A DNA stretch of 62,907 nucleotides, filler included, from Cercozoa sp. M6MM (GCA_040357565.1; 14 parts of 14 records of this genome joined end to end with filler, not necessarily neighbours in it), one strand, 5' to 3'; shown: positions 9,869-28,151, counted from the first letter of the whole stretch. Translations and numbers: made by a program. The notes: generated by a model not told the origin, from the letters alone.

Positions 9869-12361
9869 ATGTCGTCTTTCTTCTCTCGCTTTCGCGAAGA
9901 AGGCGCCAAGCAGAGCGAGGTACAGGCAGAGTTCGAGGACGCCCCGGATCAACAGAAGCAGATCGCATTGTTGTTCGAAAAGCGATGCCAGGAGCTCACC
10001 TTGGTATATATATCTGTATAGTATCTATCAGTTGCTGTGTGTAATAACGTGTACCGTGTTTACCAAAGGAGAACAAGCGGCTCCAAGACGAGCTGGACGA
10101 CTGCACGGCCGTGAAGACAATGCTCGCGGAAAACAAGACGCATCTGGCTGAGAAGCTCAAGTCGCTGCTGCGCGAGAACGGCGAGTTGCAGCAACGCGTG
10201 TCGAAACTGCAGCAGCTGCAGGAAGAGAACGTTGCCGTTAACTCGACTCAACCGGCGGCCGAGAACACCAACACCGACACTGTCAAGCTTGATCAAGACA
10301 CGCAGCATGTCGACGCAGAGGCTGCTGCTGCTGCTGCTGCCGAGCAGCTGGAGCACCACCAGTTGAAGCAGCACCTGTCCGAGTTGCAGCAGCAGTGCGA
10401 GCACTTCCAGCAGCAGGCAGCGCACGCGCAGACCGAACTCGAAAAGACGAAAGCTGAGCGAACCAAGGCGCAACAACGATGCGAAACCGCCGAAGAAAGC
10501 TTCACTTGTTTGCAGCGACAGCACGCCGCCCTGCAGCAGCAAAGCGACCAGTTGACCCAACGGAACGGTCAGTTGACGAAACAGAACGATCAGCTGACAA
10601 AGCAAAACGACCAGTTGACCCAACAGAACGATCAGTTGACTCAGCAGAACGCGCAGTTTACGAAGCAGAACGATCAGTTGACTCATCAGAACGAGCAGTT
10701 GACCCAGCAGAATGACCAGTTGACCCAGCAGAATGACCAGTTGACGCAGCAGAATGACCAGTTGACCCAGCAGAATGACCAGTTGACCCAGCAAAACGAC
10801 CAATTGACGCAGCAGAACGACCAGTTGATGCAGCAGAACGAGCAGGCACAGCAGCAGCTGCAGCAACAGCAACAGCAACAGCTGCGACCGAAGACACTGT
10901 CCGAGCAGTCGTACAGCGAGCGAAAGGAAGAGCTCGATGACGGCCAAGCTGCCATCATCAACAACAACGACGACAGCAACAGCAGCGACTCGCAACTCGA
11001 GCAGCTCAGCGAGCAGCTCTCGCAACTCCGACGAGACTACAGTCAACTCCAGCAGGCGCACCAGGAGGCCCAACGACAAGTCGAGCAAGCTCAGCGACAA
11101 GCCGAGGAGGCCCAGCAGCTGGCCGAGCAGGCGACCGCACACGCTGAACAGGCCATCGAGCAAGCGCACGAGACGCAACGACAGCAGGCCGAGCAAGAGA
11201 CTACTCGCGTGAAACAAGAAGTTGAACAAGCCAAGCAAGAGACTCAGCAGGCCAAGCAAGAGGCTGAGCAGGCCAAGCAAGAGACCGAGCAAGTAAGGCA
11301 GCAGACGAAGCAAGCACTCGCCGAGCTGAAGGCCGACTTTGCGCAGCTGCAGCAGGACAAGGACCTCCTCGAACGGACGAAAGCTCGCGCCGAGGAGAAA
11401 CTGTCGCAACAGGTGCTCGAGCAGGAACGAACGAAACGCGAGTTCGAGCTGTTGCAGCGGCAGTTTGAAGACTCCCAGCAAGCCAGCACGCAGCAGTCGG
11501 AGCAGTTGCAGCAGCAGTCGGAGCAGTTGCAGCAGATGCAGCAGGATGCTTCGAGTGCTGCTGCCGAGCACCAGCAGTTGCAGCAGCAGTTCGAGCAGTT
11601 GCAGCAGCAGTCGGAGCAGTTGCGGCAGCAGTTGGACGAGGCGACGACGGAACTGCAGACGGCGCGTCGGGAGGGCAGCGAGCACCGCGAGGCCAAGCTG
11701 CAGCTGCAGATCGCTCTGGCCAAGAAGGACGAGCGACTCGCCGAGATTGTCTCGCTGAACGAGAGCTTTCAACTCGCCGCTGCTGACGCCGAGGAGGTGC
11801 CTGTCTACGTCTGTGTGTGTGTTCTGTGGCCTGTGTATCTGTGTGTCTATGTTTGTATGTGTATGTATGTGTGTGTGTCTGTGTGTCTGTGTGTCTGTGT
11901 CCATGTGTACTGTTGTTTTGTCCCATGCCACCACAGACAAAAACGAAACTGGACGAGGCACTCAAGCAGAACACGATACTGGAGAGACATGCGGCCCAGC
12001 TCGAGCAGCGTGTCGACGAACTCGACCTCTCGTGTGGCCGACTGCAGGAGCGTCTGGCCGACTGCATCGATGAGCGGTACCCTGTCTTCCCGACAGTCCC
12101 TACCTCGCACAACACACACACACACACACATACACACACATATATATAGTATCCTATGAGTCCCCTGATCGGTCCATCTGTAGGGACAACTCGCAGCGCA
12201 CGGCCGAGGCAGTGACGATCCAGCGCAACACGCTGGCCACGGCGGTGCGCGAGGCGCGAGAGCGAGTGGCGCAGCTGGCGCGCGACCTCGAGCAGCAGCA
12301 GCAGCAGAGTGCGCAGCAACTCGACGAAGCCCAACACGAACTGAAGGTACTTTGTGTGATG

Positions 12362-12412
<51 letters not shown>

Positions 12413-13306
12413 GTGAGTGTGTGTGTGTTGCAGAAACTGCGCAATGAACTCGCCACCACCAAGCGTGCCAGGGACGACGCACTTGCTGACATGGCCAGGT
12501 ACATCACACCCCCTCCCCCTGTCTCTTCTTTTGGTCAGTTGAACATCTGCTTACTACAGTGGTGCTGAAGAAGCCGAGGAGCGACACACCAAGGTACACG
12601 CACGTGCCCATCTTCCCTGCGCATCTGTTTATGTTGGGGCGGCAAGTAGTTGTCGCAACAACTGAGCGAACTGCAAGGCCGCTATGACGAGCAGCAGCAA
12701 GAGACGGAGTCTCTCATACAGAAACTGCAGTGCGTTCACGATGAGGTGCCTCTTTTTTCGCTGCCTATGGCAGTGTTTATGTCTTGTTAGTTTGACTATG
12801 CACTCAGGGAATGGCTCTGTTCACATGTCTCAACAACGCAAGCATGCGAAAGCTCGAGCATCTCGACACTGCCTCGCGACTCGAAACTATGGTCACGGTA
12901 TTGACTTTGTTTTGGCTTGATTTGGTCCGCGCAGATGCTTGACCCTCGGGGGTTTGTATAGAGTGAGCGAATCATGCGCGAGATTTGCTCGCAAGCCGAA
13001 CGACAGCTCCTGCAGCATCCAGAGTCTGCGAATCGCGTGCGTTTGTTTTTGTTTTTGTTTTGTGTTTGAGCGAATGGCGACTTGCTACACTGCAGGAGTC
13101 GCTGGCTGGCTTGATGCGCTCGCTGCTGGGCCAGACCGTGGTATCGCTCGCTGTCGAGCGCATTGACGGTACACACTGTTCTCGTGCCACGTCCTTGTGA
13201 TTAAGCTTCTTTATATACCTCTGTGTTTGTTGTTGCAGTCAATACGTTCTTGCAAGCCAAGATTCGCGATTCCTCCAAATCAAGCAAAAAGTCACGCTCC
13301 GGCTGA
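9869..13306 (+). CDS. Long Q/E-rich coiled-coil protein, multi-exon
   Basis: MSSFFSRFREEG.. splices into the 10111 ORF; heptad-rich; further exons to TGA at 13304-13306. No catalytic motif seen. Confidence 0.75.
10538..10845 (+). repeat. Coding 21-nt tandem repeat (QQNDQLT heptad, ~14 copies)
   Basis: CAGCAGAAYGACCAGTTGACN repeated in frame. Confidence 0.9.
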
Positions 13307-13621
13307 GATCGCTTGCTTCGCCTTAGTTCGGGACTTTAAGTTGACGCGACGTGATTTCTGTCCGCTCGGTACCGTAGCCGTTATCGTGTGTTTGGTTTCC
13401 GTTGATCACTAGTCTGCAAACTAATGATAAAACGAAACGAAACCAAGTAACGGTAACGTAGCGTATGGCAAGGAGCACTGTGGTATCTGATCGTAGTATT
13501 CAGTTGATTGTAAGATAGACGGTATCTTACAGAGCAGGTATGTAAATTTATACAGTCATAGTAACTACCTTTTAGTTACCGTACCCGTTGCGTACTACAG
13601 CGTCATCACACACGTTCCGTT

Positions 13622-13783
13622 TGAACTTCAGCGCGGCCAAGCACCGTTCCGCGAAGGACTAGTTCCGAGTTCGTTCGCGGTTCGGCGGACGAACCGACCA
13701 CTTAAATTTTACAGTACGGCATTAATGGTTTCTTTCCGGTGGAGCGGCGGACTAAGCCGTGGCTTAGCCGCGACTGAAGTACA
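13622..13783. repeat. Intergenic fold-back / MITE-like element
   Basis: Left TGAACTTCAG-CGCGGCCAAGC-AC versus reverse complement of right end TGTACTTCAGTCGCGGCTAAGCCAC; internal hairpins; no ORF. Confidence 0.5.
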
Positions 13784-14010
13784 GTGACCCAACACCACCC
13801 CGCTGCTAAGGTGTCTACCTGGGTTGGTTTCAGTTCTTAGCTACTTAACTTAATGCTGTACGTGTAGGCACCTACAATAACAAAACCGCAACTGAAGTAT
13901 CATCACGGCAGTCACTAAAACGCTAATATATCTAACAATTTTCTTGCACGACAGGTCCGATGCGACGCAAAGCCTAACGACGCATCTTTGTAGTTGCCGC
14001 ACTGGCAGAG

Positions 14011-14540
14011 TTACGCTCCCATGCCTGCACGCTTCTGCAATAACTTGAGCTCATTCTCCACTTGGGCTCGATGTTCCTTTTGCCAGTTGCTGAACTCTGC
14101 GCACAGAGAAAGCGGTGAGTTAATGTAGTAGTGGTGCAAAAGGGTGCAAGACGGAGTGATAAGTGCGGTACCCTGTGACTGCAGCAACGTAGGCAGTAGG
14201 TTGGTCGTCACGAGGCGACTCACCTCGTCTTGCACCCTTGCGAGCGCACGGAGTCGGCGCTTGCGCAACACAGGGTCTTCGGCGAGAATGATGGCCTGCT
14301 TGATCTTCTCGGCTTGCTCCTCGGCATCGCAGTTGGTTTGCACCTCATCGTTTGATTCGAACAGCTCGACCACCTTGGAGCGCAACGCGTCGCTCACGTT
14401 CAGCATATCAGGCGCCTTGCTTGCCAGGAAGCGACTGTACAACTCGGCCAAGTAGTCGCCAGTCAAACCGTTGCGCGCAGCCACACTGTAGGCGAACAGG
14501 AAGTCGACATTCTCGCCACCTGCACAGTGCCAATGTGCAG

Positions 14541-14588
<48 letters not shown>

Positions 14589-14598
14589 NNNNNNNNNN

Positions 14599-14647
<49 letters not shown>

Positions 14648-15225
14648 TGTGGATAGAAAGACACACATCCAAAGTAGAGGAGGAAAGATAGCGCTGGTAC
14701 AGTAAAGCTGCTCGCCGTGTTTTAGAAGCATCTCGCGCAACTCTGGCTGGTCAATCACGCGCTCAAGCGACCAGGTACGCGCGTTCCAGTGAAGCTGCAT
14801 AGCCTCGACGCGCTTGTTCTCAGCAGCGATGGCGAAGATGGCTACGAGCAGGCCGATCGTGAGGGCGATGATAGCAGTCACGAGTGCCGTGTTGGTGCGA
14901 CTCTGCGCATGCTCGCTCACGTCGTCGACGTCGGCCACGATGCTGTCTCGTAGCGGCACCGTGAAGCCCACGAGCTCGGTCACCGACGTCTGCATCGTCG
15001 AGTTGAACAGGCCTCGCGCTTGCTCGATAGACGCGCTGTCGGCACCGGAGGCGGTCAACTGCGAAATATTGGCCAACGTTTCCATGTAGACGTTGGCGCT
15101 GTCGATCGCACTTTGCGGCGGGTTCGACAGCTCGAGAATCTGTTTCCACGAGTCCTGGAACTGGACCAGCGACACGCTTGTCATATAGGAGTAGAGTTCT
15201 TGGATCTCTGCGTTCTCGGTCGAAA
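14011..15225 (-). CDS. Membrane-anchored RGS-domain protein (5' part in gap)
   Basis: TM helix (TALVTAIIALTIGLLVAIFAIA) followed by RGS motifs SLERVIDQPELREMLLKH..ENVDFL..LYSRFL..APDMLNVSDALR..QDEVSRLV..NLLPTLLQSQEF. Confidence 0.8.
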
Positions 15226-15266
15226 CTAGAAACAAAGTCACAATCACAACTTACAACGACAGTCGC

Positions 15267-15376
<110 letters not shown>

Positions 15377-15510
15377 ACACACACACACACACTTNNNNNN
15401 NNNNNNNNNNNNNNNNNNNNNNNNNNNNNNNNNNNNNNTTAATTAATTAANNNNNNNNNNNNNNNNNNNNNNNNNNNNNNNNNNNNNNNNNNNNGGGGGG
15501 GGGGGGGTAC

Positions 15511-18500
15511 CTGGTACTTTGCAGGGTAGGGGTCGGTTCCGTCAGTGTAGCCGCCATTGCGAGCATAGCTACTGATGCCAGAGCCTACGAATGATGCGAG
15601 GTTTGGATTTGGAACCAAGCAGACACTGTAGGTCGATACCCAACAGGAGAAGCAGGGCAGGCAATATGATGAGTCGCATCGTGAGTGCCCAAATGTAAGC
15701 TGCCCCGTACAATTTTGGAAAAATGCACACACACAAACATACAACGATACTTCACTCACACGCATACGTTTATGATACAACATCACGCACACGCGCACAG
15801 GAACAAGTTACGAATGGTGCCGGTAATGATCGAGTTGATTCGCGTGCGGAAGGATTCAATAGGCCACATGACCTGTGTTGTGAGCTATCACTGCTGTCTA
15901 CTATCATGTGGGGAGAACAGGTACAGCAAGATGGAAGGCGCGTCGCCAGTCGCAGCGTGGCCGCGTGTCTCGTCGCACCATGTACATGGCTGCCCACTGA
16001 CCCGACAACATGCTGACTGCTCCGACGCTCGCACCCAGTGCAATGCCCCTACGATACAGCGAATTTAGATCATTGTTTGTCGAGAAATAAGCTCCAAAGT
16101 AGAAACACCAGTCACTGCCGGTAGAGAATGCAATCACAGTGCCGAGCAGGCACCCAAAAATCCACGTGCCTAGCATCAAGGATGAGATGAGATTCAAAAC
16201 TAAAACTGCAACTGAACTGATGGCACACCCAAAGACAGACAGACGACGAGATCGCCGACGAGTTTTCGCCACTCACGCACGTGGTACAGGTTCACTCTAA
16301 ATTATGCACGTTAGTTCACACAACATTCAAAGAAACTGAATTTTACGCAAGTGTTTCGAGAAAGCCGATGAAAATCATCCCAGGCGTATTGATGAAGGCG
16401 TCTGTTTCAATTTCGGTTGCAATTAGGCACACCATAGTGAATGTTAAGATGAAACCAAACTGTACCAGTGCAATCGAGCAGGTAGAGTCCAAAGTCCGTG
16501 ATATACATAAGGCCGCCAAGAAAGCCTAGTGTACTCACGGTCTGTATCGCAAGCAACATTCACTCAGTTTCCTTCACATAAACTGAAACGCCAAACTGTT
16601 TTACAAGAACAATGCGGTGACGGGGCACGTGCATGAAAGACGAGGAGTCTTTGATGATCGTACAAACAGCTGGGCCACGCAGATCATAGGTGGTACAAGA
16701 CAATCTTAAATTGGAAACTCGCAAACGACGTAAGCTGACGGTACCTTCGACCATGGAGAAAGCAGAATCGATGCCAAGCAGGAACAGGGTCTAAAAGAAG
16801 ACGAGGCAGAAAAACTGCGCAACGGAGGTTTCGTTTATTCTTTTTGCTCCAAGAACCGCATTTAACAATGAAGGATGCATTATTCTTACTTGAGGGGCCG
16901 GTAGTTTTGTTAGTGCCACAGGGTAGGTCATGAACGCCTTTCAAAATGATAAATACCCATATATGTATATAAATTTATATATAAGTTTACATATATCTAT
17001 ACATTTATATGTTTCTGTTAGAGTACGTGCCCGGTTAAATGAATCGGTTTACCAGCGAAAGACCACCAACAGGCAAGTCCTTAATGCTACTTGCGCGGTG
17101 ACAGCGTGGTGATAAAGTGAAAGTAAACTTAAACTGAACATACTTGGTATCGGTCTCACGAGCCAGGAAGCCAAGCGTCGAAAAAACGGCGAACCCGGCC
17201 AAGATCGACACAAAAGCCGAGTCTAAGAAGGCCACGGCACCTAAAAAGTGTATTGTATCAGTTCTGTCTCCAACTGAAATTGATGTAGTCTTACAAGCAT
17301 CGACAACGAGGTTTTGGCATCGGCGATTGTACTATTTTTTCCCGGGGTTAAAGTCAACAGGTTGGCATTTAGTTTCATGTACCGAGGAGTAGCAGGTCAT
17401 GATGCCAAACGTAACACCGAGCGAGAAGAAGATCTGACCGCAAGCGTTGCTCCAAGCTGAACCTTTCTGCAGTTCCTCCAGTTCGAAACGACCGATGAAC
17501 TGCGTAACTCCTGAGTTGAGTTCAGTCACAACTGAAGATGAATCGAGTTTCTAGAATTCGGGAGTAGTGTACCGTCGCTCGCCCCATCGAGCGAAGCTCC
17601 TCTTCCCACGAGCACACACAGCGTTAGAATCGGCACCAAACCTGATGGGGAGAGAGTGGACATTCGCGTGAAGGACAAGAACTAAAATGTACGGATGGAT
17701 GTGAATTTACTGGATTGTACCGGTGATATAAATGGCACGACCGACGGTTTTCACACCGCCAATGATGCAAACAACCATTGTGATCCACACAATGGCCAAA
17801 GCAACGACCGATTCCCAATTGATGGAACCCTTCGCAAGCACAACGTCAGTTGAAAAAGTTTGGCAAAGTTGCGACACGGCTTACATTGGCAGCGCCGAGG
17901 CCTTTGGCACCAGTCACTTTGACGAAGAATTCGCCTGCTGCTTTCAACGACGTCTCTTCGTCGGCAGGTGCCTGAATACTTTCAGCTCTATTGATAGTGC
18001 AGAAGAACGCCTACCCATGGAAGAGTCGACGTGAAGCAGTGAGCTGCGTACACGAGACACCACGCGATGATGCAACTGTAGTAGGTCACGACAGAGAACG
18101 CTCCCAGGACTGAAGACAGCCCGATTCCTCGAAAGCTACCAGACAACTTGCAGTTGGACTTCCTCGTTATAATACTGCTGAATTACAGTATACCGTTTGT
18201 GCAGAGAGCCGAACGAAATGATGTCTCCACTTTGCGAAACTTGGCCCTGCCATCATTCTTGTGTGCTCGCACCAAACAGTTGAAAGTATCAGTTGGTGCC
18301 ACGGTACCAAAGCGAGCTCGAGCACAAAGATGGGAACGCCAATGAACACGAGAGCGAGGAAGTACGGCACGAGGAAGGCACCGCCGCCATGCCGAAAAGC
18401 CAACATCGGAAATCTCTGAAAACGACAGTTGTGCAAAGCGGCGACAGAACTGAAACTGAGATTGAGCGCTGTGCTGTACCCACAAGTTGCCGAGTCCAAT

Positions 18501-18742
18501 GGCACTACTCGCTGCTGCGAGAACGAAGATCTGCACAGAATTGGTACCAGTTTTGAGTTTTGAAACTTGAAGAAGAGAACTTTACCGCTCGGCCACTCCA
18601 TCTGTCTCTTCGACGCCGCGGTGGCCCTTCGGGTGCTAGAGGAAGCCTGCGAGATATTATACAGTAATAAACTTTCTCGCAGTTGATGATGGCCCATTGG
18701 CCCTGCTTTCGGGTCAAACAACTGAGAAAATGAGCGAAGCAT
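15511..18742 (-). CDS. Sodium:neurotransmitter symporter (SLC6/NSS) family transporter, 3' end in gap
   Basis: [59 protein letters not shown]. Start codon uncertain. Confidence 0.9.
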
Positions 18743-19142
18743 TTTTACGCGTCTTCATTTGGCATCCTTGCACTCTAGCTTGCTTAGATACTCTAGAGCT
18801 CCTCAAAAAACGAGAGCAGATTGAAGCGGAAGTGTAGCAAATCCCGAGAAGACTCAGTGACTGAACTGAACTAGCTTGTTCAAGCTTCAAGCCACAGGCT
18901 GCGGCCGTTGAGCGATCAACATGTAGTGTGTAGTGACGTGGTGCGGTACTAATATAAAAATAAACATACTTACTAGACGATCGAGGCTGCTATGTACTTC
19001 GCCTGTTAACTGCGCTGTATTCGATTTGAACCATCTTCAGTTTCTCGACTCTTACCTTACTACCTACCCTACTAAACTGAAGGTTTAACATTAACGTACT
19101 GAAAGACAGTGTCAGCGAATCTGACGCGAACTCCGCGCCGTT

Positions 19143-19886
19143 TTAAAATCCGTTGTTGTTGTTGTGATTCTCGAAATCACTTAGCTTCTTTGAGCAGTCT
19201 TCGTCTTTAACGATTGCGACTCTATCGTATGCAACACAGGATGTCCCGTAGAGTAAGTTTGAATTAAACTTACCCAAGCGAATTCTGAGGCACCAAATCG
19301 TGCAACTCCACGAGCGCACTGTCACTGTGTCCACGTGCATGAATGTAGCAGAAGTATCTTGTGCCGACGGTGAATACTGGGTACCCCATCTTGTCATCTT
19401 TCTCTTTCGAGTGATCCAAGTCTTCGGTCTCGTCAACGACGCCTAGTGTCCAATTCGTGTAGTACCCGTCTTGAGAAAACACAAAGAATGAAAGGAGAAA
19501 ACCACTGAACTCATCGTCGTCGGCACAGAAGGACACGTGCGACTGACGCGGCTCTCGTACCATGCCTGAAGCATAACTTGCTAACTTTAATAAGCTAATC
19601 GAGGACAAAAGTGTTTAGCCATACCATCAAGCCAGCGGGGGTACATGAAGGAGAACACTACCAACACTCTATCTGTATAACTTGACAATCAAGAGCATAG
19701 TAACTGTACATATCAGGAGTGTCATAAAGGACGCAACCGCCCAGCCAAGTGCCTACGAAAACCAAAGTGTCTGTCATTTTGCCTCCNNNNNNNNNNNNNN
19801 NNNNNNNNNNNNNNNNNNNNNNNNNNNNNNTTAATTAATTAANNNNNNNNNNNNNNNNNNNNNNNNNNNNNNNNNNNNNNNNNNNN

Positions 19887-19959
<73 letters not shown>

Positions 19960-21625
19960 AACACACACACACACACACACACAGGAGTTGGTGATTGAGG
20001 AGTAGCATTACTTGGCACGGTCGAAAGTGTCGCGTCATGTATGCATCAGGGATCAGTAGAACAAAGGTGGCCACTAATAGAGGCACCCCGAGTCGCAGCA
20101 GCTTCTTCTTGATGGTCAGAAAAACGCCTTCCTTGCTGAAGGCCGAGGCACGCCCGCTGTAGACTGATACAACCTTTTGCAAAACGGCGCCATTGTAGAT
20201 ATTAGGTCGTACGGAAGAAGAGGGGCAGTCCGAACTGAAGCACAACCCGGAGTGCACTGTCATTTAAATTGAAATTTAAATATATATATAAATAAGTTTT
20301 ATGTTTACATACCTGTGTGTAGCATATTTATGTCAGCATATATTTATGTTTATTGTATCTGTACGCGGTGTTATGTGACACATGTCCTACCTGTTAAACT
20401 TGGCATCAACGTCCTCTGGAAACCGCCGTCCTTCGACAAGTCCGGTTTCGACTGCACCAACGATGTGCACTAGCACAACTTCGAACACCGAGATGGCGCG
20501 CAGCCAGTCCGTCATGCGCGATCGCGCAGCATCGAACAGCGCTACGTCGACACCGGTTCGATCCGGGCTGTTCTGTCGCTCATCGTCACGCTCACCGTCG
20601 GCACCGTTCACGCTTACGGCGAATTCGTTCGTCAACCCTTCATCTTGGTTCTCCTCTGGCGCATGTTGCTCTCGTCGAGGAGGCCAGCCGTCACCATAGG
20701 TAGACAAGTTGGTGAGTCGAATGCCACTGCTGCTCGCCTCCGCTTCTTTGCTGTGGTCCCTCCCATACTGATAGGTTCCGTCGTATCGTTGCGACTGCTG
20801 GAGGTGTGCAACCGAGAGTCCAGACGGTGGCGGCCTATACCAAGGTTCCGGAGTTGGCGGAGGAGCCGAAAGATTGGCGCTGAGACCTTGTGGACTTGCA
20901 AGCACCGCATTTGCTGTACGGTAAATAGTAAAAAGCATCTGATAAAAATGTAAATTCAGTTGGTCCAGGTCACGGTACCGCATGTGATGGTGACGGAAGC
21001 AACGAGCATTGGCGAGGAATGACACCAGTTAGTCCAACAAAAGTGATCATTTTGTCTGCACTTTCTGGCGGCCAAAAGCCGAGCGCCAAAAAAGAAGTTC
21101 GCCGTCACGTCAGTCTTTGCGCTGCGACCACGCGTCGAAACCAATACACATACACCCAACCGTCGCATACACCCTTGCACCTGCACATGTCCTCTTTCCC
21201 TCCACTCATTAAGAGCTAAAACAACCACCATAGGTAGACATGTGCTGACTTCGTGAGCGGCACATTCTTATAGATTTGCCTGTTGAGGGTACTGTGCGTC
21301 ATGTTGAATGCTAGACAGGACGTTCCTGTGCGACAGTACTGTGACGGTACCGCGACATACTTTATCCCAACTTTATTCCCGTTTAAACTACATTTTGTGT
21401 TTCTCCGTGCCATCAAACGTGCGTGCACTGTCAGCAAGCGAAGGCGATGATTCCGTTCGGCTGGTGAACGACAAACTACAACCAGCTTCATTAACGCCTA
21501 CCTTGTCGCGCAACTCCGGTCCCGTGCGAGCTTCCCGTCACGGCCGACGGTGACAGTGACTCCGACGCACGCGGTGACTCCAACTTGCGGTCGCTGTGAC
21601 CGTGACTGGTCGCGATCGAGGTCAT
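19143..21625 (-). CDS. Acyltransferase-3 (MdoC/OpgC-like) membrane protein, spans a linker
   Basis: RMTDWLRAISVFEVVLVH, QFGLPLFFLYSGRAS and KKLLRLGVPL are AT3 motifs. Both ends and continuity across the 19787 linker are uncertain. Confidence 0.65.
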
Positions 21626-21950
21626 ACGATGGTTGGACTGGAAACATAGCAATCGTTGCTATGGGTACGTAAACTGTTCCTGAACGACGTACGATGTACA
21701 ATAGCCGGATATTACCAGCATATTCTCGGGTGTAGCTATCCCCATACGATTTTGCCCCCCCCCCTGCGGTATCGTATCTCAGTATACCGAGATAGCCACA
21801 GGCTACTCCTGGGTAGCGCCCAGGCACATCAAGGGGGTTGGGATAGTACACACTATAACTGACTATAGCCACACAGTGGTATATCTTGACACGACACTAT
21901 ATCGTCTCTGACTATAGCCACACAGGGTCCAGCTTCTACTATACGCTCCT

Positions 21951-22008
21951 CTAGGCATCCAAGTCGTCGTCGGAGCGTCGTTCGTAGTCGTCATCGGCGT
22001 CGGCGTCG

Positions 22009-22072
<64 letters not shown>

Positions 22073-22310
22073 CGTTGTTGTTGACAGGTCGGTCGGGATC
22101 GTCGCTGACCCAGACCTTGCTGCCGAAGGAGGCGCCCTTGCGAGGACCGCGCAGACTGTTGATCTTGTGTTGCAGCTCGGCACGTTGCTGCTTGTTGTGC
22201 TGCGCCTCCTGGGCCAGCGCGCGGATCTTCTCCTGGAAACTCGCCACGGCCGCCGACAGTTTCGTCTTCGTCGCCGCCTCCGAGGCCTGCTGCTGCTGCT
22301 CGCGCAACTG
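21951..22310 (-). CDS. Terminal exon with poly-Asn tract; possibly XRN2 C-terminus across the linker
   Basis: Open frame ending DDDLDA*; same strand as the XRN2 exons beyond the linker. Confidence 0.45.
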
Positions 22311-22430
22311 CGGGGGGGGGGGGGGGGGGGNNNNNNNNNNNNNNNNNNNNNNNNNNNNNNNNNNNNNNNNNNNNTTAATTAATTAANNNNNNNNNNNNNN
22401 NNNNNNNNNNNNNNNNNNNNNNNNNNNNNN

Positions 22431-26022
<3,592 letters not shown>

Positions 26023-26185
26023 ATTTACAACGCACACGCACTGAACACACGCCCAGCACGTACGTATGCTTATCTGGGGATAAGAGACAGTCTTTAATTT
26101 TTCAGGCTCCAAAATTGACTCGCGCGGCTCTTGCATTAACCTAGTGTGTGAGCGTGCTCATACTGTTTAATTGTGATTAAGTGGT

Positions 26186-26669
26186 ATGACATCGTTTGAA
26201 AACGACAGTGCTTCCAATGAGGGTACTTGTATTTTCCTGGCTTGAGTCACTGGGTGCACAGTTTGTTGATAACTGTCGCATGTGCACGGTGCAGTGCTGG
26301 AGAACCCGGAGCTTGAGTGGGAAGTCTACCACGTGCCGGAAGAGTCGTGGTAGCTTTTTTAAATCGGTCGTATTAATGAACGAAAATGCTGTGCAGGATG
26401 GACCTGTCCAACACGAGGCTGTATCAGTTGCCGCCGCAACTGAGCGATTTCGCGCCGCTAAAGAAGCTTTCGCTGCGGCAGAATTTTCTGACGTCGCTGG
26501 ATCAGGAGATCCTGCAGCAACAGGGTGCCAAGACCCCTGCGTGTGTTTGTTTTTTGCTTTTTGTTAAGGCCGCGTTTTTGGTGGGACAGAACTCGAGGAA
26601 CTCGACTTGTATCTGAACCAGTTCGCCGATCTCGACGATGTGGCTGGTTCTACCGACCTCCTCTACTCC
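26186..26669 (+). CDS. Leucine-rich-repeat protein, Sds22/PPP1R7-like (truncated by gap)
   Basis: LKKLSLRQNFLTSL and LEELDLYLNQF match SDS22-type LRRs. Confidence 0.65.
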
Positions 26670-26769
26670 NNNNNNNNNNNNNNNNNNNNNNNNNNNNNNN
26701 NNNNNNNNNNNNNTTAATTAATTAANNNNNNNNNNNNNNNNNNNNNNNNNNNNNNNNNNNNNNNNNNNN

Positions 26770-27712
<943 letters not shown>

Positions 27713-27774
27713 TGTTGCTGTCTACACACGCCAGATACGGTACGGTCAATCCTCATCGGTCCCTCTCGAGCGTG

Positions 27775-27782
27775 GCGCGAAA
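27775..27782 (-). promoter_or_regulatory. E2F-like site TTTCGCGC upstream of PCNA
   Basis: Matches TTTSSCGC ~63 nt upstream of the PCNA ATG. Confidence 0.45.
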
Positions 27783-28151
27783 AAGAGCCACCACAATAAA
27801 CAGGCTCCAAAAACTATATAACCTGCACTTACACTATTGGAACGCTCTGGACTGCTCCAGGTGGGCAGACACTATGCAGATTGGAGCCTTCCCTCGAGGA
27901 GCGCTGTTTTTCTTTTCTTTAGTATTCTGAAGTTTTGTAGTTTTGTACTGCACAGTTCCGTACTGTGCTGATAGAGCCAACCTTACGTGTGCCAACCTGC
28001 CAACCTGCTGTGTGCCAGGATTTTCAGCACATGTGTCTCTGGTCCTCAAACGATCATTTACAAAGTCCGAGGACAACAAATGACATGCGGCGCCAAAACT
28101 GCACGGATGTGTTGCGGTGGCTCCAGGCAGTAACTTTAGATCGACACGGCA

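Noticed and set aside
10060-11961. 633-aa Leu-rich minus-strand ORF
   Set aside because: Antisense shadow of the CAG-rich coiled-coil exon.
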